Positions 19,177-30,030 of a DNA stretch of 64,000 bases are shown here, one piece after another. Below the pieces are notes generated by a model. It made no database searches and was not told the origin of the DNA. It worked only from the letters and a program-made list of their open reading frames with translations. Every line of letters begins with the position of its first letter. The stretch's first letter is position 1. Origin of the DNA: Clostridia bacterium (GTDB lineage Bacteria > Bacillota > Clostridia > UBA1381 > UBA9506); assembly GCA_017399695.1 (NCBI GenBank), contig JAFQBK010000015.1:22852-86851 (forward strand), in the 5' to 3' direction. Both the position numbers and the translations under genes were made by a program.

Positions 19177-20256
19177 TTAAAACTTAGACGGATTGGAATT
19201 TAAGTATTTGTTGACCAAAATCGCAACCTTAAATACCACCGCATCGTCGAATTTACGCAAATCAAGACCGGTTAAGCGCTCGATTTTATCGAGGCGATAA
19301 ACCAGCGTATTTCTGTGAACGAAAAGCTGACGCGAGGTTTCGCTGACATTTAAGTTGTTTTCAAAGAACTTATAAATGGTCTGCAGCGTTTCATCGTCTA
19401 ATACGTCAATGCTTTCCTTTTTGAAGATTTCATCCAAAAACAGCTCGCAAAGCTTGTCCGGCAGCTGATAGATGAGGCGTCCGATGCCCAAGGTATCGTA
19501 GCTTAAAATATACTGGTCATCATCAAACACACGTCCGATTTCTAAAGCAAGCGATGCCTCGGAATAAGAGCGCGCGATATCGTTTAAGGAATCCACCTGT
19601 GTTCCGATACCGACATAGACCGGAACCATCAGCTCTGCCGTCACGGTTTCTACGATGCTCTGCGCCGTTTTTAAGATTTCCTCACGCGGGGTCTGTGCAG
19701 CCAGCGTCTTAATCAAAACGACATTATGTGCATCCACCGGAATCACGAAATCCTCTTCCGGGAACATACTCGAAAGCACGTGTGGCAGGGAGTATTCGTG
19801 CGACTTTTGCATCTGCACGATATAGACCAGACGAGGAAGCTCCGGGTCAATCTGAAGCTCGCCCGAGCGCACATAAACATCGCCCGGCAAGACGTTTCCC
19901 AAAAGCACATTTTTAAGATAACTGCTTTTATCATATTTATCGGCACAGTGAAGCTGCAAATTAGAAAGGCTCACTGCCAAAAGAAGCGCTAAGCGTTCCT
20001 CTTCTGCCGTTTCGCCTTCAACATACACGATATATTCCACTAAATTACGCATACCCATCGGAACAAAGGTGTATCCCGAACTCACAAAGGGCATCCCGTT
20101 TTTCTCCGCATAGGTGAGTGCCTCAAAGGCAAGGTCTTCCGAAATCGCCGCACCAACGGATGCCTCGAGAGCGGCAGTATTATTCAAAACGCCCATCGGA
20201 CGCCCAATAATACTTTTCATCTGTTCTAAAACCGGTTGAAAAATCTGACCTAACAT
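19177..20256 (-). CDS. PucR/CdaR-family transcriptional regulator
   Basis: C-terminal PucR-type HTH (SETSRQLFVHRNTLVYRLDKIERLTG). Start chosen at the ATG at 20256 (MLGQIF), preceded by GGGGGA; the exact start is uncertain. Confidence 0.65.
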   Translation of the reverse strand: MLGQIFQPVLEQMKSIIGRPMGVLNNTAALEASVGAAISEDLAFEALTYAEKNGMPFVSSGYTFVPMGMRNLVEYIVYVEGETAEEERLALLLAVSLSNLQLHCADKYDKSSYLKNVLLGNVLPGDVYVRSGELQIDPELPRLVYIVQMQKSHEYSLPHVLSSMFPEEDFVIPVDAHNVVLIKTLAAQTPREEILKTAQSIVETVTAELMVPVYVGIGTQVDSLNDIARSYSEASLALEIGRVFDDDQYILSYDTLGIGRLIYQLPDKLCELFLDEIFKKESIDVLDDETLQTIYKFFENNLNVSETSRQLFVHRNTLVYRLDKIERLTGLDLRKFDDAVVFKVAILVNKYLNSNPSKF

Positions 20257-20465
20257 CGTATCCCCCATTTCGTTGGTCTTCGTATGTTTCTGCCGAGAAA
20301 ACCATCTCTTCGGCAGTTGTTTCAAAATTTTATATTTATACAAATACAGTCTTCCACCTTTATATAATATACTTTTTTGTCGGATTTTGCAAGTTAAAAT
20401 TACATTTTTTACGAAAACTTCATAAAATTATTTCCTAATTTTATATAAGTTTTTTGCAAATTGCT

Positions 20466-20504
20466 CTTGCATAATTATACAAAAGGATGTATAATTATAA
20501 AAAA
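20466..20504. promoter_or_regulatory. candidate tandem ARG boxes (ArgR/AhrC operator) upstream of argD
   Basis: Direct repeat TGCATAATTATACAAAA / TGTATAATTATAAAAAA 20 nt apart. Each is AT-rich and palindromic around AATTAT, immediately 5' of the argDF operon. Confidence 0.35.
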
Positions 20505-20524
20505 CGATGAAAGGCAAGGACTCA

Positions 20525-21718
20525 ATGATGAGATACGAAGAGATACGAAAGCTGGACGAGGCTTATTATATGAATACCTTTGGTGCGCGGACTCCCGTCG
20601 CATTTTCGGAAGGGAAAGGAATTCATCTTTATACAGAAGAGGGTGTGTGCTATACCGATTTCATGGCGGGCATCGCGGTCACGGCATTGGGTCACAGCCA
20701 CCCGAAGTTTGTTTCGCGCCTTAAAGAGCAGGTGGGAAAGCTCCTGCACACCTCGAGCCTCTATTACATTGAGAACCAGGCGCGACTGGCAGAAAAAATT
20801 GTAAAATGCTCGGCGGCTGACCGTGTGTTTTTTGCAAACTCGGGGGCGGAGGCGAATGAGGGCGCAATCAAGCTTGCTAAAATTTATCATTATAAAAAGA
20901 GCAATCCGGAAAAGAGCGAAATCATTACGCTCGTAAATTCCTTCCACGGAAGAACGCTTGCAACCGTGGCGGCAACGGGTCAGGAAAAGTATCAAAAGCC
21001 CTACCGTCCGCTGACGCCGGGATTTTCGCACGTTCCGCTGGGTGATTTCGATGCGCTTACCTCAGCCGTTACCGACAATACTGCAGCGATTATGCTGGAG
21101 CTTGTTCAGGGCGAAAGCGGCGTGCATCCGGCAGAGATTGAATACATCAAAGCCATCCGCAAGCTCTGCGACGATAAAGAAATTCTGTTCATTGTCGATG
21201 AGGTGCAGACGGGTATGGGCAGAACGGGTAAGCTCTTTGCTTATGAGCACTACGGCATCGAGCCGGACATTTTCACGCTTGCAAAGGCATTGGGCGGCGG
21301 TGTTCCGATTGGTGCGGTTTGCGCAAAGCAGTTTGTTGCCGATGCCTTTTCACCGGGCGACCACGGAACGACCTTTGGCGGTAACCCTTTGGCAACCTGT
21401 GCAGGCTGTGCGGTATTTGATATTTTGGAAGAGGAAAAGCTTGTGGAAAATTCTGCCGAGGTCGGCGCATATATGAAAGAAAAGCTTTCCGCGCTTTCCA
21501 CCGAATTTCCGGTCATTTCCGAGGTGCGTGGCATGGGTTTGATGATAGGTGTGGAATTTGCTGAGCCGATTGCCAAAGACGTTCAGGCAAAGCTCTTGGA
21601 AAAGAAATATTTAGTCGGCGCCGTGGGAACGACAGTTCTTCGTCTCGTTCCGCCGTTGGTGCTTTCGAAAAATGATGTGGATGAATTTATTACGGTATTA
21701 AAGGAGTGTTTGATATGA
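20525..21718 (+). CDS. argD: acetylornithine aminotransferase
   Basis: Class-III aminotransferase (SGAEANEGAIKLA, DEVQTGMGRTGK, TFGGNPLA). Coupled to argF by an ATGA overlap. The ATG at 20525 has an AAGGA RBS. Confidence 0.85.
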   Translation: MMRYEEIRKLDEAYYMNTFGARTPVAFSEGKGIHLYTEEGVCYTDFMAGIAVTALGHSHPKFVSRLKEQVGKLLHTSSLYYIENQARLAEKIVKCSAADRVFFANSGAEANEGAIKLAKIYHYKKSNPEKSEIITLVNSFHGRTLATVAATGQEKYQKPYRPLTPGFSHVPLGDFDALTSAVTDNTAAIMLELVQGESGVHPAEIEYIKAIRKLCDDKEILFIVDEVQTGMGRTGKLFAYEHYGIEPDIFTLAKALGGGVPIGAVCAKQFVADAFSPGDHGTTFGGNPLATCAGCAVFDILEEEKLVENSAEVGAYMKEKLSALSTEFPVISEVRGMGLMIGVEFAEPIAKDVQAKLLEKKYLVGAVGTTVLRLVPPLVLSKNDVDEFITVLKECLI

Positions 21719-22635
21719 ATAAGCATTTACTGACCCTGCACGATTGGACAACCGAAGAAATTTTAGATACCTTAGAGCTTGCAAAGCAGTTAAAGGACGA
21801 GCAGAAAAAGGGCATAGAGCATCATCACTTAAAGGGTAAAACGCTGGGTATGATTTTTACGAAATCTTCGACCCGTACCCGTGTCTCCTTTGAGGTTGGA
21901 ATGTATCAGCTGGGCGGAAGCGCGCTGTTTTTAAGCTCCAATGACATCCAGCTCGGCCGCGGCGAAACCATTTATGATACCGCCAATGTGCTTTCTCGCT
22001 TTGTTGACGGTATTATGATTCGTACCTTTAAGCAATCTGATGTCGAGGATTTGGCAAAGTACGGACAGATTCCGATTATCAACGGTTTGACCGACCTCGT
22101 GCATCCCTGCCAGATTTTAGCCGATTTCCAGACGGTTATCGAGAAAAAAGGCAAGCTTTCCGGTCTTAAGATGGCATTCATTGGCGACGGCAACAACATC
22201 GCTCATTCCCTGTTGTATGGTTGTGCCAAGGTGGGTATGGACCTTGCGATTGCAACGCCTGAGGGCTATGAGTGCGACCCCGAGGTTGTAAAAAATGCGC
22301 TCTCCGATGCTGAAAAGACGGGCGCGCACATTACTCTTTCGCACGACCCCAAAGAAGCAATCAAGGATGCGGATGCGGTTTATGCGGATACCTGGGTCAG
22401 CATGGGTCAGGAGAGCGAAAAGGAAGAAAAGGTTAAAATCTTCATGCCGTATCAGATTAATAAAGAATTGTTCAGCCTCGCAAAACCGGATGCAATCTTT
22501 TTGCATTGTCTGCCGGCATACAGAGGCTATGAGGTCACAGAAGACGTCATTGACGGACCAAACTCCGTTATTTTTGATGAGGCAGAAAACAGACTGCACG
22601 CACAAAAGGCAGTTATGGTTAAATTGATGAAATAG
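21715..22635 (+). CDS. argF: ornithine carbamoyltransferase
   Basis: STRTRVSFE, HPCQ and HCLP motifs diagnostic of OTCase/ATCase. Length and context indicate OTCase. Confidence 0.9.
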   Translation: MNKHLLTLHDWTTEEILDTLELAKQLKDEQKKGIEHHHLKGKTLGMIFTKSSTRTRVSFEVGMYQLGGSALFLSSNDIQLGRGETIYDTANVLSRFVDGIMIRTFKQSDVEDLAKYGQIPIINGLTDLVHPCQILADFQTVIEKKGKLSGLKMAFIGDGNNIAHSLLYGCAKVGMDLAIATPEGYECDPEVVKNALSDAEKTGAHITLSHDPKEAIKDADAVYADTWVSMGQESEKEEKVKIFMPYQINKELFSLAKPDAIFLHCLPAYRGYEVTEDVIDGPNSVIFDEAENRLHAQKAVMVKLMK

Positions 22636-22646
22636 GAGAGAATCAA

Positions 22647-23108
22647 GTGTTTGAAGTAAAAAAAGCAACGAAAGAGGATGCCGACAGCATTTTAGAAATT
22701 ACGCAGCAGGCATTCGAAAAATATATTGAAATGGCGGGCATCGAGGACACCGCCGCCCTGCACGAGACGAAAGAGGATATTCTGCGTGATATCGAAACCA
22801 AGCTTGTGTATGTGGCATACTTAAATAAGGTGGTTGTAGGAAGTGTGCGGGTGGAAATCCGCCCCGACAACACCGCATATCTGTCCCGTTTCGGTGTCAG
22901 CGATAAATACCAGAACATCGGTATCGGAAAGGCGATTATGAATGCCTTTGATATGGATATGCACTCGATGGGAATCAAGCGCGTTGACCTGCATACCGCC
23001 GCAAAGGCAAAGCCCTTGGTGCGGTTTTATTACGGCAGGAATTTCTATGTGGATTCCACCACAAAGGATAAAGGGTATATCCGCGCGCTGATGTGTAAGG
23101 ATTATTAA
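22647..23108 (+). CDS. GNAT-family N-acetyltransferase
   Basis: 153 aa with an acetyl-CoA motif (YQNIGIGKAIM) in the standard GNAT position. Confidence 0.7.
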   Translation: MFEVKKATKEDADSILEITQQAFEKYIEMAGIEDTAALHETKEDILRDIETKLVYVAYLNKVVVGSVRVEIRPDNTAYLSRFGVSDKYQNIGIGKAIMNAFDMDMHSMGIKRVDLHTAAKAKPLVRFYYGRNFYVDSTTKDKGYIRALMCKDY

Positions 23109-23130
23109 TGAGGGATGGAAAAACTGCGTA

Positions 23131-23160
23131 AAAGAGCAAGGAGAAATCCTTGTTCTTTTT
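23131..23160. terminator. GAGCAAGG-family intrinsic terminator (T2), serves the GNAT gene
   Basis: AAAGAGCAAGG-agaaat-CCTTGTTCTTTTT. The single stem change gives G.U on the + strand (an A.C mismatch on the - strand), which fits + strand use. Confidence 0.7.
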
Positions 23161-23690
23161 ATATGCTTCTTTTTCCGCTTTGTGCAAATATGCTCGTTCC
23201 TAAGTCCTGCCGGACGGGCCTTCTTTTGATGCCAAAAGAAGCAAAAGCTCCGGGGGGTCAGATTCCCCCCGGGCCCCCTAAACTGCCAAGGCTCTGCCTT
23301 GGAACCGTTACCACGTACTGCAAAAAAGAAAGAAATATAAATTTATCACGATTCTGCGTTTTTGGCAGGTTGTTAACGCTTGTTTTCCGGCGAGTGTGTG
23401 CCGCATTAAGCAGATAATAGCATTTTTCTGCGAGAAGACGCCGTTTTTGGGGTCAATCAGGTCTGCGCATCAGTTCCCTTTTTCGCGCGCCTGATTGAGC
23501 ACACCTTGAGCGAAAAATTTTCGCGAATGTGTGCGGCGCAAAAAACGGCGGCGGCGAGCAGAATAAAAATGCATGATCTGCGTCCTGCGGCAGGAGGTTT
23601 TCGTCCCTTTTGGCGATACAAAAGGGACCCCCGCCGGAGGCGTTAGTAATTAATAATATTAAAAATCGTAAATATCGACGCAGAAAACAA
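23131..23690 (-). repeat. interspersed hairpin-rich element, copy B (longest; 133-nt extra insert)
   Basis: Core at 23204-23312 is 108/109 identical to C and D. Extra segment at 23402-23534 is flanked by TGTGTGC direct repeats. Outer arm ...GGAGGCGTTAGTAATTAATAATATTAAAAATCGTAAATATCGACGCAGAAAACAA. Confidence 0.85.
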
Positions 23691-23724
23691 TGAAAAAAGG
23701 ACTGTAAATTACAGTCCTTTTCAT

Positions 23725-25056
23725 TTATCTCTCAACTTTTACCGATTCCAAAACTAAATCCTTAAGCGATGCTCCCGCTGTCCGCTTGTCCATCCAGTCC
23801 ATTGCCGGACAACGCAGATTCTCGGCTCTTAAAAACAACGGCGAAAGCAAAACCTCTTCGCCTTTTTGTCTCTTCTTTAAGCCATTTTCGGCAAGCTCGA
23901 CCAAGGACAGCAAAAGCGTGCGGGTATCCTCTCGGGACGCAGGCAAACGATAATGATAAATCACGGCATCCCGAAGCTTTTGATTGCGGTCGGGTGCAGA
24001 AAATTCCTCTTTTGTCAGATGCGTTCTCAAAAACCCGAGTAAAATTTCCTCCGCCGTATCCAATTCCGACAAAAGTCCCAGGTTAAATGCCGGCGGACCA
24101 AAGGCATCCGAAACCTGCTGGGCACAGTCACTTCGCACCTCGAGCGTCCCTCTGCGCGTCACCTCAACATTACAAAAGGAAAGATAATAGTCTACATCCG
24201 CTTTGGGCGCATCCCCTGCGAAATATTTACGCAAAGGTTGCGGCTTTATCAGTTCATATTCCCCGCCGCGCACGCGGTAAAACATCGCACGCGACAAAAT
24301 CCCGTCACAAACATCGTCCATCGTCCGAAATTCGCCCTCCACTTTCCCCGTATTCGCGCAAAGAGAGCCAAAACCACTCTTTTCCCACAGATAATCCCGA
24401 AAACAAACACAATCCGAAAACGCCGTTTCATTTATAAATGCAGGCGAATTGGAAAACAACAGCGCGCGCACAAAATCAAGTGCCGCATATAAAGTCAGCG
24501 CACGGGGGAGCCGGTCCGCCGTGACATCCAGATGCGTCTGCACGGATGAAAGCGACTGCGGAAACTGCGTGTATTGGTGATACTCGCCACCCGAAAACTG
24601 CGAAAGAAACCTCCCTACCATCTCATACACGGGAAAAGGCACGGGTAGAGGACAAAGCTTTTCTGCCATCGGGTGCGTGCCGAGGCCGCAAAGGCTCATC
24701 CCTCGCGGCAAAAAGTATTCCTGTACGCGCCGAAACAGCCGATAAAATCGCTCCGATAAGGCAATAAGGCTTTCGTTTTTCTCCAACGAAAACTCAAAAT
24801 TGTGGTATGAATTATCAAACGACAATACATCGCCGTCATCGTTTTTAATAAATGCCGGCACGCCGTCGGTATCCGTTTCTGCCACACGAAAGCTTTTTTC
24901 TTCCAACAACTCGTAAAACAGGCCGAGCGCCGCCTCTTTCTTCGGCTCGCCTTCCAAAAAAACGAGTGGAAACTCAAGCTCTACGCCGACATAATTTCTT
25001 CCATCCCGATAAAACGGTGCTAAAAATTCTTTTTTGATTAACTCTCTTACATCCAT
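23725..25056 (-). CDS. glutamate-cysteine-ligase-like / carboxylate-amine ligase family protein
   Basis: 443-aa ORF. The N-terminal GVELEFPLV motif and overall size resemble GCS2-type ligases. Assignment is by motif only. Confidence 0.45.
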   Translation of the reverse strand: MDVRELIKKEFLAPFYRDGRNYVGVELEFPLVFLEGEPKKEAALGLFYELLEEKSFRVAETDTDGVPAFIKNDDGDVLSFDNSYHNFEFSLEKNESLIALSERFYRLFRRVQEYFLPRGMSLCGLGTHPMAEKLCPLPVPFPVYEMVGRFLSQFSGGEYHQYTQFPQSLSSVQTHLDVTADRLPRALTLYAALDFVRALLFSNSPAFINETAFSDCVCFRDYLWEKSGFGSLCANTGKVEGEFRTMDDVCDGILSRAMFYRVRGGEYELIKPQPLRKYFAGDAPKADVDYYLSFCNVEVTRRGTLEVRSDCAQQVSDAFGPPAFNLGLLSELDTAEEILLGFLRTHLTKEEFSAPDRNQKLRDAVIYHYRLPASREDTRTLLLSLVELAENGLKKRQKGEEVLLSPLFLRAENLRCPAMDWMDKRTAGASLKDLVLESVKVER

Positions 25057-25255
25057 CGTTTCTCTCCGTTGCCATAAGTGTTACTTTTCTTTTTTCCCTA
25101 TTGTATCATTTCTTTTTTTAATTTTCAATATGCAGAAGAAGCACCCCGAAATAAAAATTGTTGTAATTTTACTCAATGTATGATAGAATAAAGTGAATAC
25201 GTTTTTCATTTGTGTGTTTCGGGCAATGCCCGTATGAATAAAAGGAGTGTATCTA

Positions 25256-26671
25256 TTGAAGAATCTCAATGATATGGGAACAGAGAAGCTTTCGCGGCTC
25301 ATTATGCGGCTTTCTCTTCCTGCCATTTGCGGCATGTTAGTTAATCTTTTATATAATATCGTCGACCGAATCTTTGTCGGTGCGCTAAACAGCGATGCAC
25401 TTGCCGCAATTACCGCCGTTGCGCCGTATATGACCTTGCTTTCCGGCTTTGCGGTGTTGGTCGGCACGGGTGCTGCGGCGCTGATTTCAATCAAGCTCGG
25501 CGAGAAAAAACCGAAGATTGCGGAAAAAATTTTGGCGACTTCCCTGCCGCTACTTTTGATTCTTTCTGCGATTATTATGATTCCGTCGTTTGGGCTTCAG
25601 GATTTCATCCTGTCGCTTTCCGGCTCGAAGAAGCTGAACCCTGAAACCATTGCCTATGCAAAAGACTATCTTTTCGTGATTATTCTGGGCGTCCCGTTCC
25701 AGCTCATCAGCCTCGGAATGGACCAGAATATGCGCGCCGAGGGTAACGCCAAAGCCGCCATGCTTGCGATGATTTGCGGAGCTGTTACAAATATCGTTTT
25801 AGACCCCTTGTTTATTTTCACCTTTGGGCTCGGCACGCGCGGGGCGGCGATTGCAACAGTGCTTGGACAAATGGTAACCAGCGGATACATCTTTTGGTTC
25901 TATTTTGGTGGGCACTCTCACCTGCCGCTTGATATTAGAAATGTACATTTTGCCTGCTCGGCAAGAATCTTAAAGCTCGGTATGCCGCAGTTTTTGATTC
26001 AGCTTGCCAGCGCGGCGATTATGCTGGTTTATAACTTCAGTCTGACCTGGTACGGCGCACAGCTCGATCCGGTGAATGGCCCGAAAATCGCGCTTGCCGC
26101 TTTGGGAATTATTATGAGTGTGTCGCAGATTGTGATGATGCCCTTAAACGGCTTGTCGCAAGGCTTTCAGCCGATTGTCGGCTATAACTACGGCGCAAAA
26201 CAGTATATGCGCGTCAAAAAAACCTATCTTCTCGCGGTGCTTTACGGCTCGCTTTGGATGTTCTTGGGCTTTTTGGCGGCAGAGTTGTTCCCGCGCCAGA
26301 TTTTAATGATTTTTAACCGCGAAGACCAGGTGCTTTTGGATTTCGGCTCGCAGGCACTCAGGATTATTTCTCTGTTCTTGCCGCTGATTGCCTTCCAGAC
26401 GCTCAGCTCGAACTACTTTTTGGCGGTCGAACGCCCCGGCGCATCTATTTTCTTAAGTGTTTCGCGTCAAGGATTTTTGTTCATTCCGCTGATTCTGCTT
26501 CTGCCGGTCCTTTTGCCGGATTCGTTAAAGCTTTACGGCGTCATCTGGGCATCACCCGTTGCGGATGTCATTTCCGCGATTATTGCGGCTATCTACTTTA
26601 TCTTTGAGTTCCGCCGCTTAAATCGTCTGCAAAAAGAGCACGATGAAAAGCTGCTTATCGCAGAAGAATAA
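25256..26671 (+). CDS. MATE-family efflux transporter
   Basis: 12-TM protein with an LSRLIMRLSLPAICGML N-terminus and MATE repeats. A TTG at 25256 lies 8 nt after AGGAG; the start is uncertain (alternative ATG at 25274). Confidence 0.8.
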   Translation: MKNLNDMGTEKLSRLIMRLSLPAICGMLVNLLYNIVDRIFVGALNSDALAAITAVAPYMTLLSGFAVLVGTGAAALISIKLGEKKPKIAEKILATSLPLLLILSAIIMIPSFGLQDFILSLSGSKKLNPETIAYAKDYLFVIILGVPFQLISLGMDQNMRAEGNAKAAMLAMICGAVTNIVLDPLFIFTFGLGTRGAAIATVLGQMVTSGYIFWFYFGGHSHLPLDIRNVHFACSARILKLGMPQFLIQLASAAIMLVYNFSLTWYGAQLDPVNGPKIALAALGIIMSVSQIVMMPLNGLSQGFQPIVGYNYGAKQYMRVKKTYLLAVLYGSLWMFLGFLAAELFPRQILMIFNREDQVLLDFGSQALRIISLFLPLIAFQTLSSNYFLAVERPGASIFLSVSRQGFLFIPLILLLPVLLPDSLKLYGVIWASPVADVISAIIAAIYFIFEFRRLNRLQKEHDEKLLIAEE

Positions 26672-26843
26672 ATTTTACTCTATAATCCATGCTGCTTTTG
26701 CGCTTTTTGGCCTGAGCAGCTTCGTTTTTTCTCTTTATTTTAGAATAATAACCCGGCCTGCGTCCATATAATAGAAAGGACGCAGAAATTTGATTTCGGT
26801 GCGCCGAGAGCCTATCGTCGGCAATCCGGGAAAGGGTGGCAGA

Positions 26844-27362
26844 ATGAAGAAAAATATTGTGCTAATTGGGTTTATGGGCTCCGGAAAGACCACCGTCGGC
26901 CGGCGCGTCGCCGCAAGCCTAGGCCTGGATTTTTACGACACGGATGAATACTTAAAAAAGAGCGAAAAAATGCCGCTTGCACAAATCATTGCAAAAAAAG
27001 GGCAGAAATATTTTGAGGGCGCACAACGGTTTGCAGTGATGAACCTCTGCGAAAATGAAAACGCCTTGATTTCCACCGGCGGAAACACCGTCTGTGACAG
27101 ACAAAATCTTGATATGCTTAAGAAAAACGGTATCCTGGTATGGCTCCGCGCCTCCGCCGAGACCGTCTATCAAAACACCAAGGATTCACATAACAAGCGC
27201 CCCGCGCTTGTGGGGCAAACCGTGGAGGGCATCGCACAAATGCTCGCCGAAAACGAACCGTATTATAAAGAATGTGATATCTGCATCTCTGTCGATGGGC
27301 GTGATATGGACCGCATCGTAGAGACAGTGCAGGAGGAAATAAAAAAATTAAACGAACAATAA
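26844..27362 (+). CDS. aroK: shikimate kinase
   Basis: MKKNIVLIGFMGSGKTTVGR Walker A, DTD motif, about 172 aa. The track start at 26790 is an extension. Confidence 0.85.
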   Translation: MKKNIVLIGFMGSGKTTVGRRVAASLGLDFYDTDEYLKKSEKMPLAQIIAKKGQKYFEGAQRFAVMNLCENENALISTGGNTVCDRQNLDMLKKNGILVWLRASAETVYQNTKDSHNKRPALVGQTVEGIAQMLAENEPYYKECDICISVDGRDMDRIVETVQEEIKKLNEQ

Positions 27363-27388
27363 TACCGACGAAAAGGAGCAGGCAAACG

Positions 27389-27730
27389 ATGAACGATTGT
27401 ATTTTCTGTAAAATCTTAACGGGCGAAATCCCGTCAAACAAGGTGTACGAGGATGATTTGGTGTATGCGTTTTATGACATCAATCCTGCCGCACCAAAAC
27501 ATATTTTGATTATACCGAAAGAGCATATCTGCTGTGCAAATAAGCTCGAGGAAAAGCACGCAGCTTTAGTGGGTCATATTATTTTAACGGCGCAGAAAAT
27601 CGCGAAGGAGCAAGGCTTTGCAGAAGACGGCTATCGCATCGTGAATAACTGCGGAGAAAACGCAGGGCAGACAGTGTTTCATCTACATTTTCATCTGCTT
27701 GCAGGCGGTAAGTTTGATAGAATGGTATAA
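27389..27730 (+). CDS. HIT-family (histidine triad) nucleotide hydrolase
   Basis: CIFCKI N-terminus and an HLHFHLL histidine triad. Confidence 0.85.
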   Translation: MNDCIFCKILTGEIPSNKVYEDDLVYAFYDINPAAPKHILIIPKEHICCANKLEEKHAALVGHIILTAQKIAKEQGFAEDGYRIVNNCGENAGQTVFHLHFHLLAGGKFDRMV

Positions 27731-27850
27731 AAACGGATAAGCAACATTTTTTGTATCACAAGAAATATAAAATAATGCAAAATGAAAAGAAGGAATTCGT
27801 TGTTTGACGAATTCCTTTTATTTTATGCCTTGTCCAAATGTATTTGTTCC

Positions 27851-27987
27851 AAACGCCTCCGGCGAGGTTTCTTTTGTATCGGCAAAAGGGACCCCCGCCG
27901 GATTCATTAGTGACAGATATATTTGAAATTCGTAAAACCGGCGCACAAAATAAAAAAAGAGCAAGGGCACTACTCCCCTGCTCTTTA
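27851..27987. repeat. interspersed element, copy E (mini form lacking the core)
   Basis: Near-palindrome AAACGCCTCCGGCGaGG...CTTTTGtatcggCAAAAG...CCCCCGCCGGA, then the outer arm GTGACAGATATATTTGAAATTCGTAAAACCGGCGCACAAAA and a GAGCAAGG terminator. Confidence 0.75.
27952..27987. terminator. GAGCAAGG-family intrinsic terminator (T3), serves serS
   Basis: AAAAAAGAGCAAGGG-cactactc-CCCCTGCTCTTT. The stem mismatch is G.U on the minus strand, which fits serS termination. Confidence 0.65.
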
Positions 27988-28020
27988 TCTTGCGCAAGAT
28001 GTTTCTTCTTCGCTTTTTTC

Positions 28021-29304
<1,284 letters not shown>

Positions 29305-29318
29305 TTATCTGATAGCAT

Positions 29319-29852
29319 TTATTTCAAATTTTCAGTCAAACGGATTTGACGTTTTTTCTCATAATTAAATTGTGCGGTTTTGATTGCCTCTTCCTCTTCC
29401 TCGGATAGTTCAAAGGTCGATTTCCCTTTCGTCAGCGGCTTTAAGTAGGTTGCCGTCTGACCGCGCGAATAGACGCCATTTAATACAAAACCGGTATCAT
29501 CGTCATCTAAAACTGCCGCCGCAAAGGAAAGTCTTGCATTATTTCCCTCAAAGGCATTGTAGCGAATCGCACCCACTTTTTTGATACAACTCCCCATTTC
29601 GCGCTCCAGTTCTTCGAGTCTGCTTTCTGCTTCGGCGTAATGGTTCATAATATCGGTACATTTTTGATAATAATTGACAATCGCATCTGCGATATCATAC
29701 CCGTCAGCATCGCGAAGCACTTTTTTCATTTTTCTGTTTGCTTTGATTGCGATTGCCAGTCCGCAGACAGATACAATAAGTAAAATTAATAATAGCAGTC
29801 CGCCATAGAACAAAATCAGTTCCGACGGAATCATTTTTCCGAAAAGTTCCAT
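29319..29852 (-). CDS. DUF4446-like membrane-anchored protein
   Basis: Single N-terminal TM plus a conserved soluble domain. The position immediately downstream of parB matches the usual DUF4446 context in Firmicutes (from memory). Confidence 0.55.
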   Translation of the reverse strand: MELFGKMIPSELILFYGGLLLLILLIVSVCGLAIAIKANRKMKKVLRDADGYDIADAIVNYYQKCTDIMNHYAEAESRLEELEREMGSCIKKVGAIRYNAFEGNNARLSFAAAVLDDDDTGFVLNGVYSRGQTATYLKPLTKGKSTFELSEEEEEAIKTAQFNYEKKRQIRLTENLK

Positions 29853-29894
29853 GATTCTCTCACCCTTAACCTAATTTTTCATCCCTTGTTTTAT

Positions 29895-29910
29895 TGTTTC
29901 ACGTGAAACA
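29895..29910. promoter_or_regulatory. parS centromere site
   Basis: TGTTTCACGTGAAACA is a perfect match to the Firmicute parS consensus TGTTNCACGTGAAACA. It lies 121 nt downstream of parB. Confidence 0.85.
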
Positions 29911-30030
29911 TTTGATTTTTTGTTTTAAACTCTTTCTGATAAAACTTACTGTTTCAAAAGGAAAAGATATTCCTCTTTGACTGTTTTTGCATTTAAGAGC
30001 CTTTTTTGAGCTCCTAATTTCTTCCATATT

